DNA of 63,349 bases, counting the filler, from Diploschistes diacapsis (lineage: Eukaryota): assembly GCA_023645945.1 (NCBI GenBank). It is 19 parts of 19 records of this genome, joined end to end, with 100 filler letters (N's around TTAATTAATTAA, not from the genome) between each part and the next. Parts side by side here need not be neighbours in the genome. Positions count along the whole stretch, not along the records: positions 35,378 to 37,442 come from JALAIB010002393.1; positions 37,543 to 39,605 come from JALAIB010002394.1; positions 39,706 to 41,768 come from JALAIB010002395.1; positions 41,869 to 43,928 come from JALAIB010002396.1; positions 44,029 to 46,088 come from JALAIB010002397.1; positions 46,189 to 48,248 come from JALAIB010002398.1; positions 48,349 to 50,408 come from JALAIB010002399.1; 12 more parts are not named here. One strand, 5' to 3'. Position numbers and translations under genes: made by a program. Below the pieces are notes generated by a model. That model did not search any database, was not told where the DNA came from, and saw nothing but the letters and a program-made list of their open reading frames with translations. Each line of letters starts with the position of its first letter. Positions within the stretch are counted from its first letter, which is position 1. Positions 36,751 to 49,663 of this stretch are shown here, in pieces.

Positions 36751-37543
36751 CGTTTTTCATGTTTCAGCTGAGTGGACGACTCATTGAGGAAGCTGCTCGC
36801 CTGTTTCAAGGGAGTGCTTTTGGGGCGTGGATCCAGCGCACCTTTGCTCGTCGGAACATCGCATAAGGCATATAGTGCGGGCCCAAGTTGGGGGCACTTT
36901 ACCGTCCAAACTGCTGTTTTGAGGAACGTTCAAAGAATCTCTTCAAAAATATACTATCCAGTGACGGTCTCCGCTGAATGGCCTTTCCGGCAATCGGAAG
37001 CTGGTACGCCGGGTCAGAAGCGGTTCCGAAAGCTGAAGGGATGCGCGAGAAGGAACCGAAGATGCGACAAAATTTGTCATATGCAAGGCTGGGAGTAATC
37101 AAGAAATCTTGTGGAAGCCTTGTACAACTTAGCATAGGTAGATACTGTCTTTCTTTTCTATACTACAAAGATTTTTTGGGGCCTCGGCAAGTTCCGGGCT
37201 ATCTCCATCTGGCGCATTGTAACCCGCTTCCTCAAACGCAAGGGCTCCTTCGGTAGGGTTTTGCAGATTTTGTCAGCAGAAGTAGATACTAACGTGATTC
37301 ACCACGAAACGGAACACCCCACGAAGCGGAACACTACATATAATGTAATCAAAAAAAGGCCGAAGAACGGGGTAGTGTAGTTGAGAACAGATTTAGCTTC
37401 GTACAAATATGGAAGCGCTCGATCTAGCGCAATTACATTATANNNNNNNNNNNNNNNNNNNNNNNNNNNNNNNNNNNNNNNNNNNNTTAATTAATTAANN
37501 NNNNNNNNNNNNNNNNNNNNNNNNNNNNNNNNNNNNNNNNNNA

Positions 37544-38854
37544 CCAACCCCCTCCCTAATCGAACTCCCCACCTGCCCTGTCTGTCTTGAGCGCATGGAC
37601 CCCGAATCCACCGGTCTCCTAACAATCCTCTGCCAGCACGTCTTCCACTGTACCTGCCTCCTCAAATGGCGCGGGTACGGCTACAGTAACAACCGCCCCG
37701 GCGGCGGCGCCGGGTGCCCCGTCTGCCGCTTTACGCAGGACAGCAGCTCCCTCACCAAACGCGGGGGCTATCAAACCCAGGGCGGCCTTCACGATGACGA
37801 CAACGCCGGCGCGCCGCTAAACGAATGCGGCATCTGCCGCAGCGACGTGAACCTTTGGATCTGCCTGATCTGCGGCAACGTCGGGTGCGGGCGGTACGAC
37901 GCCGCGCACGCCTTCATGCACTACAAATCGACCTCGCACGCCTTCGCCATGGACCTGAGCAACCAGCGCGTCTGGGACTACGCGTGCGACGGCTACGTGC
38001 ACCGCATCATGCAGGACAAGTCGGACGGCAAGCTGGTCGAGCTGCCGGCGGCGCGGGACGACTACGACAATTCGTACGGCGACGGAAACGGCAACGGTAA
38101 CGGTGAAGGAGGGGGAGGCAGAAACGGAGGCGGCGAGTATGTCCCGCGCGAGAAACTCGACGCCATCGGCCTCGAGTACACGCACCTGCTCACCAGCCAG
38201 CTCGACTCGCAGCGCCTGTACTTCGAAGAGAAGCTCGACGCGGCCGCCGACAAGGCGAGCCGGGCCTCTGCTACCGCGGGCCGGGCCGCCGATGCGTCCG
38301 CCACGGCTCTGGCACGGCTCGAAGCGCTACAGGTGCAGCACGATACGCTGGCAAAGGAGACGCTCCCCGCGCTGGAGAGGGAGAGAGACAGAGCCGTGGC
38401 GCGAGCGGGCCGCTTCGAGGAGATGAGCCGGCGATTGGAAAAGCAGTGGCGGGAGGAGAGCACGGTGTCGGAGTCGTTGATGACGCGCATCGGGCACCTT
38501 GAGGGGGAGCTGGGGAGGTTGAGAGAGGAGAAGGGAGAGCTGGAAGAGCAGAATCGCGACTTGGCATTTTTCGTGAGTGGGAGCCGCAGGCTGCAGGAGA
38601 TGGAGATGGGAGAAGAGGTGGTGGAGGGGAAGGTGAGTTTGCCAGAGGCGGAGGAGAGGGAGAAGGGTGGGAAGGGGAGAAAGAAGAAGAAGAGGGGAAA
38701 GAAAGGGATGGAGAAGGGAGACGGGGAGGGAGAGAACGAAGGGCCGATCAAGGACAAGAGCGATGCCGGTGGTGGTGGTTCCACTCAAGAGGGAGGATCA
38801 ACAGGTAAAGGCAAGGGAAAAGAGAGCGCGGCAGATGAGCGCACGGGTGTTTGA
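37544..38854 (+). CDS. ETP1: BRAP2/ETP1 RING-finger, UBP-type zinc-finger ubiquitin ligase (5' truncated)
   Basis: ELPTCPVCLERMD...LCQHVFHCTCL...CPVCR (RING); LWICLICGNVGCGRYDAAHAFMHY...VWDY (zf-UBP); EYTHLLTSQLDSQR.YFE coiled coil. Confidence 0.95.
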   Translation, partial: PTPSLIELPTCPVCLERMDPESTGLLTILCQHVFHCTCLLKWRGYGYSNNRPGGGAGCPVCRFTQDSSSLTKRGGYQTQGGLHDDDNAGAPLNECGICRSDVNLWICLICGNVGCGRYDAAHAFMHYKSTSHAFAMDLSNQRVWDYACDGYVHRIMQDKSDGKLVELPAARDDYDNSYGDGNGNGNGEGGGGRNGGGEYVPREKLDAIGLEYTHLLTSQLDSQRLYFEEKLDAAADKASRASATAGRAADASATALARLEALQVQHDTLAKETLPALERERDRAVARAGRFEEMSRRLEKQWREESTVSESLMTRIGHLEGELGRLREEKGELEEQNRDLAFFVSGSRRLQEMEMGEEVVEGKVSLPEAEEREKGGKGRKKKKRGKKGMEKGDGEGENEGPIKDKSDAGGGGSTQEGGSTGKGKGKESAADERTGV

Positions 38855-39400
38855 TGGAGAGGTTAGGTTTGAGATTGGCCGGCTGCCGTTTGTCGTTGTG
38901 CCAATGCGATTTGGCCTCATCTTCGCCGCGTGTTCTGGAGTCTACGGTCTGTAAAATATCCGTCATACCAGTCGCCGGGTCAGATTGTTAGGGGCATCTT
39001 TTCCCAGTGCTCTCTGGATGATGAAATTACGGGGAGTTGGGAGATAGTTTTACGGGATAATGGCAGGGCGCCGGAAAATGATGCCTGGCATGTATATTAT
39101 GGGCGTTGCTACTAATTAGATCAGATAAAGGAAAACGTAAACGTAATTGAGAATCAGTGACAAGGCTGAGGTTGACAGATGCCTAGCATGATGCAGAAAT
39201 ACACGAGATATAAAACTTTCTACTTTGAAATAAATCCACGCTTTGATAGAGCGAGAGTGTGGAATAGATCCGGTATCGCAAACATCAAAACTCTTTGCTC
39301 TAATATCAAGTGGTGCGTTGCACAAACCGTTACCCAATCCTATAGCCCGTGGACCCCTACCGAAGCGCTTCCCACATGTTTGTCGATCCTATATATAAAA

Positions 39401-39604
39401 CTAAATCACGACCCCCCCAAGCCTCTCAACAACCCTCTCCCTAAACCCCCTCAACAGCTCCGCCGTCGCCGCTCCATCCTTCTCGTCTCCTCCCTCGTCC
39501 CCTCCCTCGGCCACACCTTCGCCCTCGCCATCCCCTTCAACCTTGCCCTCACCCTCGACCTCACCATCCTCGACCTCACCATCCTCGACCTCACCATCCT
39601 CGAC
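39401..39604 (-). CDS. 3' end of a convergent gene (acidic/Gly-rich tail), truncated by contig edge
   Basis: Minus frame reads VEDGEVEDGEVEDGE...ELLRGFRERVVERLGGVVI then TAG; includes a 15-bp tandem repeat. Confidence 0.5.
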   Translation of the reverse strand, partial: VEDGEVEDGEVEDGEVEGEGKVEGDGEGEGVAEGGDEGGDEKDGAATAELLRGFRERVVERLGGVVI

Positions 39605-39705
39605 CNNNNNNNNNNNNNNNNNNNNNNNNNNNNNNNNNNNNNNNNNNNNTTAATTAATTAANNNNNNNNNNNNNNNNNNNNNNNNNNNNNNNNNNNNNNN
39701 NNNNN

Positions 39706-41305
39706 ATATTATGGCCTGCTTTTAATTATTATATCCGATAGAAGGATTTAATTCGTTAGTTAGTTATAGCAGCATTTATGTAATATATTGTATATCCGTT
39801 CTAAACTATCGACGGCTTTTTATTTTTAGACGGACGGTCAGACCGAAAATATTAATAAAAATATAGAACGGTATTTGCGAACCTTCGTTTATTATTCGTC
39901 GAAGGATTAGGAACGGCTGTTATTTATGATAAAATTCGTTATTAACGCGGCTGAATCGGAATTAACGAAATATTCGTTATTTTTCGTTATTCGGAGATGC
40001 GAATTTCGGATATCTTTTAATACCGATAAAATAACGGAATAGGAAGCTATTATCCGCGAAAGAATAAATAATCGAAATATTAATATTATCGCCGAAATTA
40101 TATAAGATATTTAAAACTTCGTTAAAAGATATATAATATTAACGTAATAACGATAAAAGCGATACGCGGACGAGTACCGACGTTCCGTTAAAAAGATTAA
40201 CCCCGGCGACTCGGTTTAATTAAATATACGTAATATTAAAATTACCCGAGCCTATAAGAAATTAAATAATAAATAAAACGATCTTTATAACGTTTTACGA
40301 AAGATAGGCGATATAGATTTTAAATTAGACCTATTAACGTCGATAAAGTAGTTTAAAACTTTTTACTCGTCTTTATTTTCGAAAAACCCGTAAGATTTCT
40401 TAAAAGAATAAACGCATGTTAGACTACCTTCGATAAAAACGAAAGACGGAAAAGAATAAAAGATTAAAAAAATCCTCGACGTTAGAAAAGACCCCGGACG
40501 AGGAATGAACGTTTAGTACAAGATACGTTAAGTAGGATAATTTATCGACGATAGTTGATATCTCGTCGCTAACTTTGAAAATACTTTCGAGATCTTACGG
40601 GAATTTTATTAATTAAATTCCGAAAAGATAAGATTTTCGTGGCTAACAATACCCGGGAATAGGCAGCCTACGTTAACAAAAATTATAAACGGGAACGAAC
40701 CTTTAGAATAAAACGATATCGATTATCACGACGATTATATTTTTTTATAAAATTTAAAAACGTATTTAACTAAAAATAACGTTAAAAAAGGTTCAAAAAA
40801 ATAAAAACATTTATTACGAAAAAACAACGAGTATCCTTTTAAATAAATCAGAAAAAGCGATGAAAATCGAAGTAAAGATTAACTAAAAAAAGAATATCGC
40901 GCTTATAAGAGACACAAGCATCTGGAAAGGGGGGTAATAAGATAGCCCAGCCCAGGGGCCTGCCAAGCTGGACCTGCCAAGCCACGGCAGGGTTAATGCC
41001 CAGGGGCCTGCCAAGCCACGGCAGGGTCAATGCCCAGGTGCTTGCCAAGCCACGGCAGGGTCAATGCCCAGGTGCTTGCCAAGACACGGCAGGGTCAGGG
41101 GGTGGCTGTATAGATGGGTAATCCCCGAACCCCGGTAGGCCTAACACCCACACTACTTAACGGTGCCCTCCTCCCACCTAGATAATTTCTTCTTCAGCTT
41201 TTCGAATCGAGACCTTTTACCTGCAGATGCCCAAGCTACACCTAATCCTTCCGAATCAGGCCCAGCCCCGGGTAGAGTAGCATCCTTTCCTGCGCTGGCG
41301 TTTCA
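39706..41305 (+). mobile_element. Ty3/gypsy element 3' end: integrase remnant, PPT and 3' LTR (40938-41305)
   Basis: TDGQTE..N..IERYLR integrase motif near 39830 and PPT GGAAAGGGGGG before the LTR. The LTR matches 47324-47677 and holds 34-bp tandem repeats. Confidence 0.88.
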
Positions 41306-41768
41306 GTTACCGCGGGTCGTTATATTAGATCGAGATTTAAAGTTTGTGTCTGATTTGTAGAAAATAATCTTTAATAAATTGGATATCATAAGATTCGTCT
41401 CGACTGCCTATTATTTTTAGATAAATAACATGTTTGAACGTATTAATTAAACAATCGAGATTATATTAAAATATTATATTAATTAGTTTTAGGACGAACG
41501 TAACTGGATTCCCGAATTTACGCGTATTTAGTTCGTTATCAATAACTTTACGAATCTTAATATTACCCGATTGAGCCCTTTTGAAATACTTTATGGATTT
41601 CGCTTACGAGAGCTTTTAAATCTAATTATTTTAAAATCATAAATAGATTTATTCGAATTAAAATTATTAACTAACGATAGAGCATTTATAGAACATATAA
41701 TTCCGGATATAAACTTCTCTTCGATAGAAATATATCCTATAATAAATATACCGGCTACAGTATAGAGA
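41306..41768 (+). mobile_element. Ty3/gypsy integrase remnant (host of the preceding element)
   Basis: LPRVVILDRDLKFVSDL resembles the ISDRDPKF motif; stops of RIP type. Confidence 0.75.
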
Positions 41769-42530
41769 NNNNNNNNNNNNNNNNNNNNNNNNNNNNNNNN
41801 NNNNNNNNNNNNTTAATTAATTAANNNNNNNNNNNNNNNNNNNNNNNNNNNNNNNNNNNNNNNNNNNNTAGGCGGTGTTTCGTATAGTAACACGTCGTCT
41901 ATTCTTTCGTTTTGGAGATAATTTTTGATTAGTATAAATTATTCTTTGTGGTTTTTTTTGTTTAGTATTGGAGTTACTTTTTTTTTACTTATAATATCTT
42001 TTATAGTTATAGTTTTCGTAAATAAAAAAAATTGATATAATAAATGAATGTTATTTAATAAATCTGTGATAAATTAAATAAAGAAATGTGAATTTTCTGC
42101 TAAAGAAATGAAAAGAATCGAATAAATTCAGCGAGTTTAACTGAACTTCGATACTTATTTAAAATAATCGAATAAATACAGCAATAGAACTTTATTGGAT
42201 TTCGATAATTATCGAAAAAGAAGGTTTTCGGGTGTCAACTAAATAAACCTAAACTCAGGTCCTAAATTTTAACTTGGTTCAACCAATTTAGCTCTCTTAG
42301 AACAGCGTAGTCGATACCCGCGTTTTATTAATAAGTAATTTAACTTCTATTTTGGATCTGACCACCCCAAGGTGCTATAATCTAGATCCTAAATTTTTAA
42401 GATCTCTTCAATTTAACCTATAATAAACAACGTAATTAGATCCCGCAATCGTAACGATAATACTTGCCCGGAAACACTAATTTCAATACATAAACGCGAC
42501 GGGATAATAAACTAACCCGAACTCATAACA

Positions 42531-42722
42531 TTTTGGGTAACGCATGTATTGAAATTTAAATATCTAAAAATCTAATTAAAAGGAATAGTCTATATGTAAG
42601 CTTTTATACCAATAGGATTTATTAAGCCTTATTAACTTACACTACTCCCGATTAGGATTAGCAGGAACCCCAGTAGGTTCAGCTGAACTTCCCAGCCATG
42701 CATTCTGCCTGCCTGCTCAACA
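42531..42722 (-). mobile_element. Ty1/copia LTR (5' LTR, reverse) with adjacent PBS-like TGTTATGAG
   Basis: Reverse complement of 55353-55572 apart from a 28-nt indel; starts TGTTGAGCAGG. Confidence 0.8.
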
Positions 42723-43928
42723 GTTTCCAAAATTTTAAAAAGCTTGAATCGTTAATTTTACCCGACGGCAATCGTGGCAATCTCGTATAAAACTAGTGAT
42801 AATTACTTTTATTCGAAACAATATATAATTCTTTTTAATTATTCGAAAAATCTTAACGATCCCGACGTGCCTTATCTTTCTACCGTAATAATTTAATTAA
42901 ATAACATTAATAATTCGATTTTTCGGGACGACAAGTTTATCGTTAATTTATAATAAAGTCCCGTCCGTTCTACAAAAGTCCAACCGGTACTTATAAAAGG
43001 ATCCCGTAATTCTATTTTCTTTTAACCTGACCCTAATTTCGTTAAATATTAGGTTCCGCTAATTAACGTCTTTAATTTCTTTGGTTATCGTCGGGATAAT
43101 TTTTACGAAAATGATTTCATAGACCGAAATAAATATTTGGATAAATTCGGATCTTTAATAACTATTTCTCGCGTTTTAAACACATAATCTTCCCTATTTA
43201 AAACGTATATATTCAAATCCCGCTTGATCTTTTCGGAGAAATTGATCGAACTCAATCAACGTTCACCATATATAAAGATCCTTTTTAACCTTCGAGGCCT
43301 CGCTCGTGTGAAATTTCCTCGTTAATAAGTCAGTTTTCACGTTCTTTATCCGGAGGCGATATTAAATCTTAAAATCGAATTATAATAAGAACTCCGTTTA
43401 TCGGGCTTATCTCCGGTTGAACTACTTATTCGTAGTAAAATACTCGAAAGTCTTATAATCGATTAGTATTAAAATAAACTGATTAATTAAAAAAATTAAT
43501 AATTTAGGTTTTTATTTCTCGAAATATCTTATTATGGCGAGTATTATTTTATTATATACCGTATAAATGCGTTAGACGGGATCCAAGTTTTTTAATAAAT
43601 AAACGATGGTTTATAATAAGCCGTTATCGGTTTCTTAAAATAAAATCCCCCCGGTAATAATATCTCTAACGTCGTATTTTATGAAAGATCGTTTATTTAA
43701 ACTAAATACGCCATTACGGCTTTAAAGGTTACGGCCTCTTGTAAAACCTTAAATACTTTGTCTTTTTTATCTTTTTAAACTTCCGCCGTATCCATTTTAA
43801 TTAAGTTATAAAGAGGTTTAACGACTTTATTAAAATTAAAAGTAAATCGTCGATAGAAGTTTACGAATTCTAGATAGTTCCGTATAATTGTTAATTTCTA
43901 ATTTAATTTAAACCGGTATTAGTTTTTA
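42723..43928 (-). mobile_element. Ty3/gypsy pol remnant (RT thumb/RNase H), RIP-degraded
   Basis: Minus frame has YLEFVNFYRRF and a DVRDIITGG-type RNase H start. Confidence 0.75.
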
Positions 43929-44028
43929 NNNNNNNNNNNNNNNNNNNNNNNNNNNNNNNNNNNNNNNNNNNNTTAATTAATTAANNNNNNNNNNNNNNNN
44001 NNNNNNNNNNNNNNNNNNNNNNNNNNNN

Positions 44029-45355
44029 GGCCTAAATTTACTAATTAAGGTATCAAGATTTATAGCGTCGTTATCTATATGTTTTATATTTTGTATATTC
44101 TTTATATAATTAATACGGTAACGAAGTCTTAATTTAGTAATCTTGTTCCGATTAAAGCGATATTTTTATTCTCGATTAAATAATCGGTCGTTTATAATTA
44201 TTATTTTAATTTAAAGAGCCGATAAATTCCGAAACTAATTTTAATTACGTATGAGTTTATTTTTAACTAAGTTTTTAAATTTATCCTTATATATCTTTAT
44301 TAAGGTTTCCTTATCCCACCTAATTAGCCGGACGTATTCTTAAAACTTTATTATATATTCCGAAGCCGAGTTTCATTAATTAACTATTTTAATAACTCGA
44401 ATCGCATATTTTCTATTGTTGGTTATCTCGAAGGCCAGTCGGACCTATTTCTTAAACCTTACGAAATTCTTAAACATTCCGTAACTATCTTTTTAATTTC
44501 TTAAGTATACGTCGAGATAAGGTTTTATTTATATTAATACGCGGTCACGTATAAATCCTACGGCGAAAACTATTCGTTTCCTTTAATCGTCTATGATATG
44601 CGCGTTCCAGTAAAAGTATATTAAAAATTAAAATATCTAATATTTTAATTTCTTTCGATCTCCGTGAAACGTTATTAACTTTACAACTTTTATAATAGAT
44701 TCTCTATACGATTTATTTTCGTCAGGTTTATCGTTATTTCCGAAATCGTCGCTTTTAGCTTCCGCTATATCCTTTATACGGACATCGGTTTCACCTAATA
44801 GCGTTATTACCCTAAATACGCGAAATGCTGCGAATCTAATCATCGATAGCGATCGCCCGGTTATACTATTAATAACACTCATTCTTAAAGATGTTCAAGT
44901 GTTATAATCTCTATTTATACAAGATATACACGAGTAAGATTAAGATAAATTTGGTTTCTATTAAAAGAAAAGTATAACAAAAAAAGAAGATAGAATAATT
45001 ATAAATCTTAAATTATTTCTAGAAAGAAGGCTCTCTAAATAATAAAAATAACGAATATAAATTGATCCCGAACAATAACTAAGGATGTTTATAAAAATAA
45101 ATATATCCTTTTTTACGAAGGTAAAGTCGTGCTTATATATAATCAGCTCGCTCGCCGCTTATCGCAAGTTTAGCGAACGATGTTTTCGAGGCTCGCCGCT
45201 TATAAAAATAAGCGCGACCGTCGAGCGGTGGCGAAAGCCTGCTCGCCGCTCACGAGAATGAGCGTGAATAGTGAGCGCACCACGTGATCCCTGGTCCCGT
45301 GACTGACCTATATACAAAGCTGGGACGTGCCAAGTCTGGTACTTGGATCGTAACA
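44029..45355 (-). mobile_element. Ty3/gypsy element 5' end: LTR (44900-45355) and gag remnant from ATG 44882
   Basis: LTR termini TGTTACGATC...GATTATAACA; gag-like KVVKLITFHGDRKKL. LTR ends are related to 60313-60578. Confidence 0.8.
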
Positions 45356-46088
45356 AATCGATAATTTATTAAAAATTATTTAAAGATAATAGAACCATTA
45401 ACGAAACTTATTAAAAAAAATTTACCTTATAAATAGATACAGGATCAGGAATAGACCTTTTAGAAATTCAAGGACCTTATGGTCAACGCGCCTGTCCTAG
45501 GATTTTACGATCTAGATAAATCAATACGAATCGAAACCGATGTTTTAGAATTAGCTATTATAATATACCTACTATAACCTAACAATAATAATAAGTGGCG
45601 GTTAATAACCTGTTATTCGAGAAAGATGTCATTAATAAAAATCAATTACGACATAAACGACCAGGAATTACTCGCTATAATCGCTATTTTGGACGAATGG
45701 TACATCTATATTCACGAAGCAAAAGAAACCGAAATCTATATAGACCATATGAACTTATTAAAGTTCACGACGATAAAAAAATTTAACCTAAGATAGTTTC
45801 GCTGGTTAGAAATTTTCGAACGATACCGTTTCACGATCAGAAAGATCGCAAATAAAGTAAATAAACGAGCTAACGCGTTGAACAGACGGCCAAATTATAT
45901 AACAAAAAAATCGCGTCAAGCTAAATTATTAAAGATCAATAATAATAAATCATTCATAACCGCTGTTCGAGAATTTATAATAATCAAGAATATCTTGAAA
46001 GATTAACACGAACAATAGTCAATAACACGACGGAAGCTATAGATTCTTATAAAAAAGAGATAGAATTATATACGACGATATTATGATC
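45356..46088 (+). mobile_element. Ty3/gypsy RNase H remnant
   Basis: APVLGFYD...IETD...YSRKM...NYDINDQELLAII...DHMNL...FRWLE...ANALNRRP. Confidence 0.88.
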
Positions 46089-46188
46089 NNNNNNNNNNNN
46101 NNNNNNNNNNNNNNNNNNNNNNNNNNNNNNNNTTAATTAATTAANNNNNNNNNNNNNNNNNNNNNNNNNNNNNNNNNNNNNNNNNNNN

Positions 46189-47677
46189 TCCTTACCTCGA
46201 TTATAAATACCGTGAATTAAATTAAGAATTTATTAAATTCGTTATTATCTTATTATAATTTCCGGTAATTATTTCTAACGATTAATCGAATATTTTTATT
46301 TATTTATCGATTATTTAATCGTTTAAATAATATTTCGAAAAAAATAACTCGATTAATCGAATTTTTATTCGTAAAAGCTTTTACGTAATTAAAAACTATA
46401 TTCTTGAATCGAAAAATTATATACGTTATTTTATTATCGGTCCCGTTGAATCTATTTTCGTTTATCTTTAGTTTATTTTTAATTAAACGACGTTATTATT
46501 TGTAATTAAAGTCCTTTTTAGTATCCGTCGAGAATTTAGATGGGTTTAATAATTTATGCGATAAGAAACGTTCCTCGTTATTAGTTTCGATGGGCTTTCG
46601 TCGGTTCCGAAATTCTTCGATCGTTATTCGTAAGTCGATGATTTCGTCGGTTAGGCGAGCCCGGGTGGCCTGTTCTTTATTTAATAATTATTTTAGCTCG
46701 TTTTTTTTAATTAAATCTTTCTCGAATTATTATTAGAATCGTTGAATCTTTCGATCGTTTTATTGATTCGTTTTTTCGACGGTTATTACGTAAATGCGTA
46801 TTAATTTTATTAATTTCGTTAGTTTATCTTTAGTTCGTTAATAGATCTTTTTTGTTTATTTTTATGATTGTAGGTCTATCACGTTCTCGGTAACGTTGTT
46901 TTAATTAACTTATTCTTTTATCGGGTCTTTAAACGAAAATATTCGTCGCTTAGGTTCGTCGCGGGGGTTCTTCTAAAATCCTCCCCGTACTAGTTCTTCG
47001 CTGATATTGAATCCTTCGAAGGTCCCTAATGTTGATGATTATTATAACGCGGGATATCTTACGGATTATTCTTTAGTTGGCGATTTATTTATTAAATCGT
47101 ATTTTTTAATCGATGATATCTCGATTGATTTTTTAAAAAACGAAAATATTATCGATTTTCTTCTTTTCTTTTGATTCTTTTTATCAGCGGGGGTTATTAT
47201 TTATAATAAATCGGCGGATAGTACTTTCGAGTTCCGATTATCGTGAATTCATTCGAATACTTAATTCGATTAACGTTTTAAATTCTCGTCACGAATGCGA
47301 AAATAAAGTGAGCTTTTCAAATGTGAAACGCTAGCGTAGGAAAGGATGTTATATTATCGGGAACTGGGCCTGATCCGAAAGAATTAAGTGTAGTTTAGGT
47401 ATTTATAGATAAAAGGTCTCGATTCGAAAAGCTAAAGAAAAAACTATTTAAATAGAAGAAAAGTATCGTTAAATAGTATGGATATTAGGTCTACCGGGGT
47501 TCGGGGATTACCCGTCTATACAGCCATTTCCTGACCTTGCCGTGTCTTGGCAAGCACCTGGGCATTAACCCTGCCGTGGCTTGGCAAGCCCCTGGGCACT
47601 AACCCTGCCGTGGCTTGGCAAGCACCTGGGCATTAACCCTGCCGTGGCTTGGCAGGCCCCTGGGCTGGGCTGTCTCA
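46189..47677 (-). mobile_element. Ty3/gypsy element 5' end: LTR (47324-47677), self-priming-type PBS, degraded internal region
   Basis: LTR TGAGACAGCC...GCGTTTCA matches 40938-41305. The following ATTTGAAAAGCT is complementary to AGCTTTTCGAAT inside the LTR. Confidence 0.85.
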
Positions 47678-48248
47678 TCGTACGTATAATCGGTTTTATT
47701 ATATTTTAATAGAATCTTTTCGACTTTTAACGATTAAAGATCTCTTTTAATCTTAAGGTCCTTTACGGCTTTTATGCTTCACCACGTTTTACCTAAGTCT
47801 TTATAATCGTAAACGCGTACGAATTTATTATCGTGAACTAGATTTTTTAAAAAATTTTTATTTAATCTTTTTAAGGCGTACGTTTTTAAAATATAAATTT
47901 ATAAAATTTTAAACGGGCCGTATTAATTCGATTTAAATTTTTTATAATTTTCATTACGTAATAACACGTATTATCTTATTTAAAAGTCGTGTTTCTTTAC
48001 AATATTATTTCGTATCATTTAATGTTTAATAGCCTTATTTATTAATTTTTTATTAATTATCGCGCGTACGGTATAAATCTTTTAAATCCGATTAAATTAT
48101 TCTATTAAATTCGATTCGAGTTCATCAAAACGTATCTCATTCGGATCGCCCGATAAATAAGAATTTATTCTATAAAAGAAATAAAAAAAGCTTTTTCTAC
48201 TTCGAGCATATTATTTAATTCTAATCATAAATAATGTCTGTATTAGAT
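47678..48248 (-). mobile_element. Gypsy integrase C-terminal (GPY/F) remnant
   Basis: Minus frame KKFKSN*YGPFKI...TYAL...LVHDNKF. Confidence 0.55.
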
Positions 48249-48348
48249 NNNNNNNNNNNNNNNNNNNNNNNNNNNNNNNNNNNNNNNNNNNNTTAATTAA
48301 TTAANNNNNNNNNNNNNNNNNNNNNNNNNNNNNNNNNNNNNNNNNNNN

Positions 48349-48713
48349 AGGTATTACCGTTATTTAAAAAGTATAGAACTACGTTGAGATAGGAAGGTAA
48401 CGGGATTTAAGTTTTTTATTAATAAAACTTATATAAAATTCGCTATAAAACAGCGAATTATTAAAAAAAAGATCGTATATAAACATAAAAATAAGTTATA
48501 AACTTAGTAAAAGGCGAGTCCTTCAGAACAGTTCCACATAAGAAAGTCTGCTAGGTAACTCTAGACAATCAAGGCATCCTACACCTCACAAATGTCCTAC
48601 CTGGGTATGCTGTTGACTACGAGATCACACTACATTCACCTACTACACCACCTACGACTACCTACCTACTACAGCAAGGGAAGTCTCCCTAGACAGCGCG
48701 CCTTGTGTTTATA
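48349..48713 (+). mobile_element. LTR retrotransposon end with LTR 48478-48713
   Basis: Reverse-complement homolog of 1026-1391. Confidence 0.6.
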
Positions 48714-49663
48714 CTATAATACCTTAAGTTTTCTTTAGGTTCTCAAGTTATGTTTAATTCTAAACATCCTTTCCATTTAATTAAATACTTATTATTCTTA
48801 TAGTACATGACTGCTTCGACTTTATATTCTATATCTTGGTCTGGTTCAAAATGAAAAGTTATTTAAAACGGAATGTCTAGATGTGCAGGCTCGAGCTTAA
48901 ATATATAGAAGATTAATTTTTTAAGCTTTGCGTCTGATGGCAAGATAAATCGATAAAAAAACTTTTAATTATCCGTCTATAACGTTCGGTTATTTATTAA
49001 CGAGAAAGGGTCCGATTTTCTTATTATCGAGCTTTATAGAGGGTCTTTATAAGCGAAAGTTATCCGCGAGCAGATAAACCTTATCCTTCTTCTTCAACTA
49101 AGGATCCTTCTGGAACTATATTTATCTTATCTTTTCCCAATATCTTCTTCCAAGTTGTAATGCTGTTTCTAACGATGAACCCGTGTTTTTAACATCCTTT
49201 TTTTGGTGGTGGCGACCTTTCAGTCCTTATTCAATTATTAGTAGCAGTTCTACCCAGTTATCCATTTCGTAGTTGACGTAGTGGCGTAGTATTTGCTTCA
49301 ATATTTAATTCATTCTTTCTATCTGTCCGTCTGTTTACGGGTGAAAGGCTATTAAATGCTTTAACTTTGTTCCGAAGACTTCTATTATTATCTTTTAGTA
49401 GCTAGATGTAAATAATGATCCCCGATCACTAATAATTTCTTCCGGATAGCCGTTATGCCTGATTATTTTATTTACTTAAATTGCATGTGGTTTCTGAGTA
49501 TTATAGTTTTTTCTGAAGGGTAGGCATACTGGTTTATTATTAAATCTGTCGACGATTACCTTAATTGAATCGTATTCGATATTTATTACTAAATCTCTAG
49601 ATCTTAGTAACCTCGTAATGAAGTTTATTATAATTAATTACTATTGTTTTTTTAGTTTAGATA

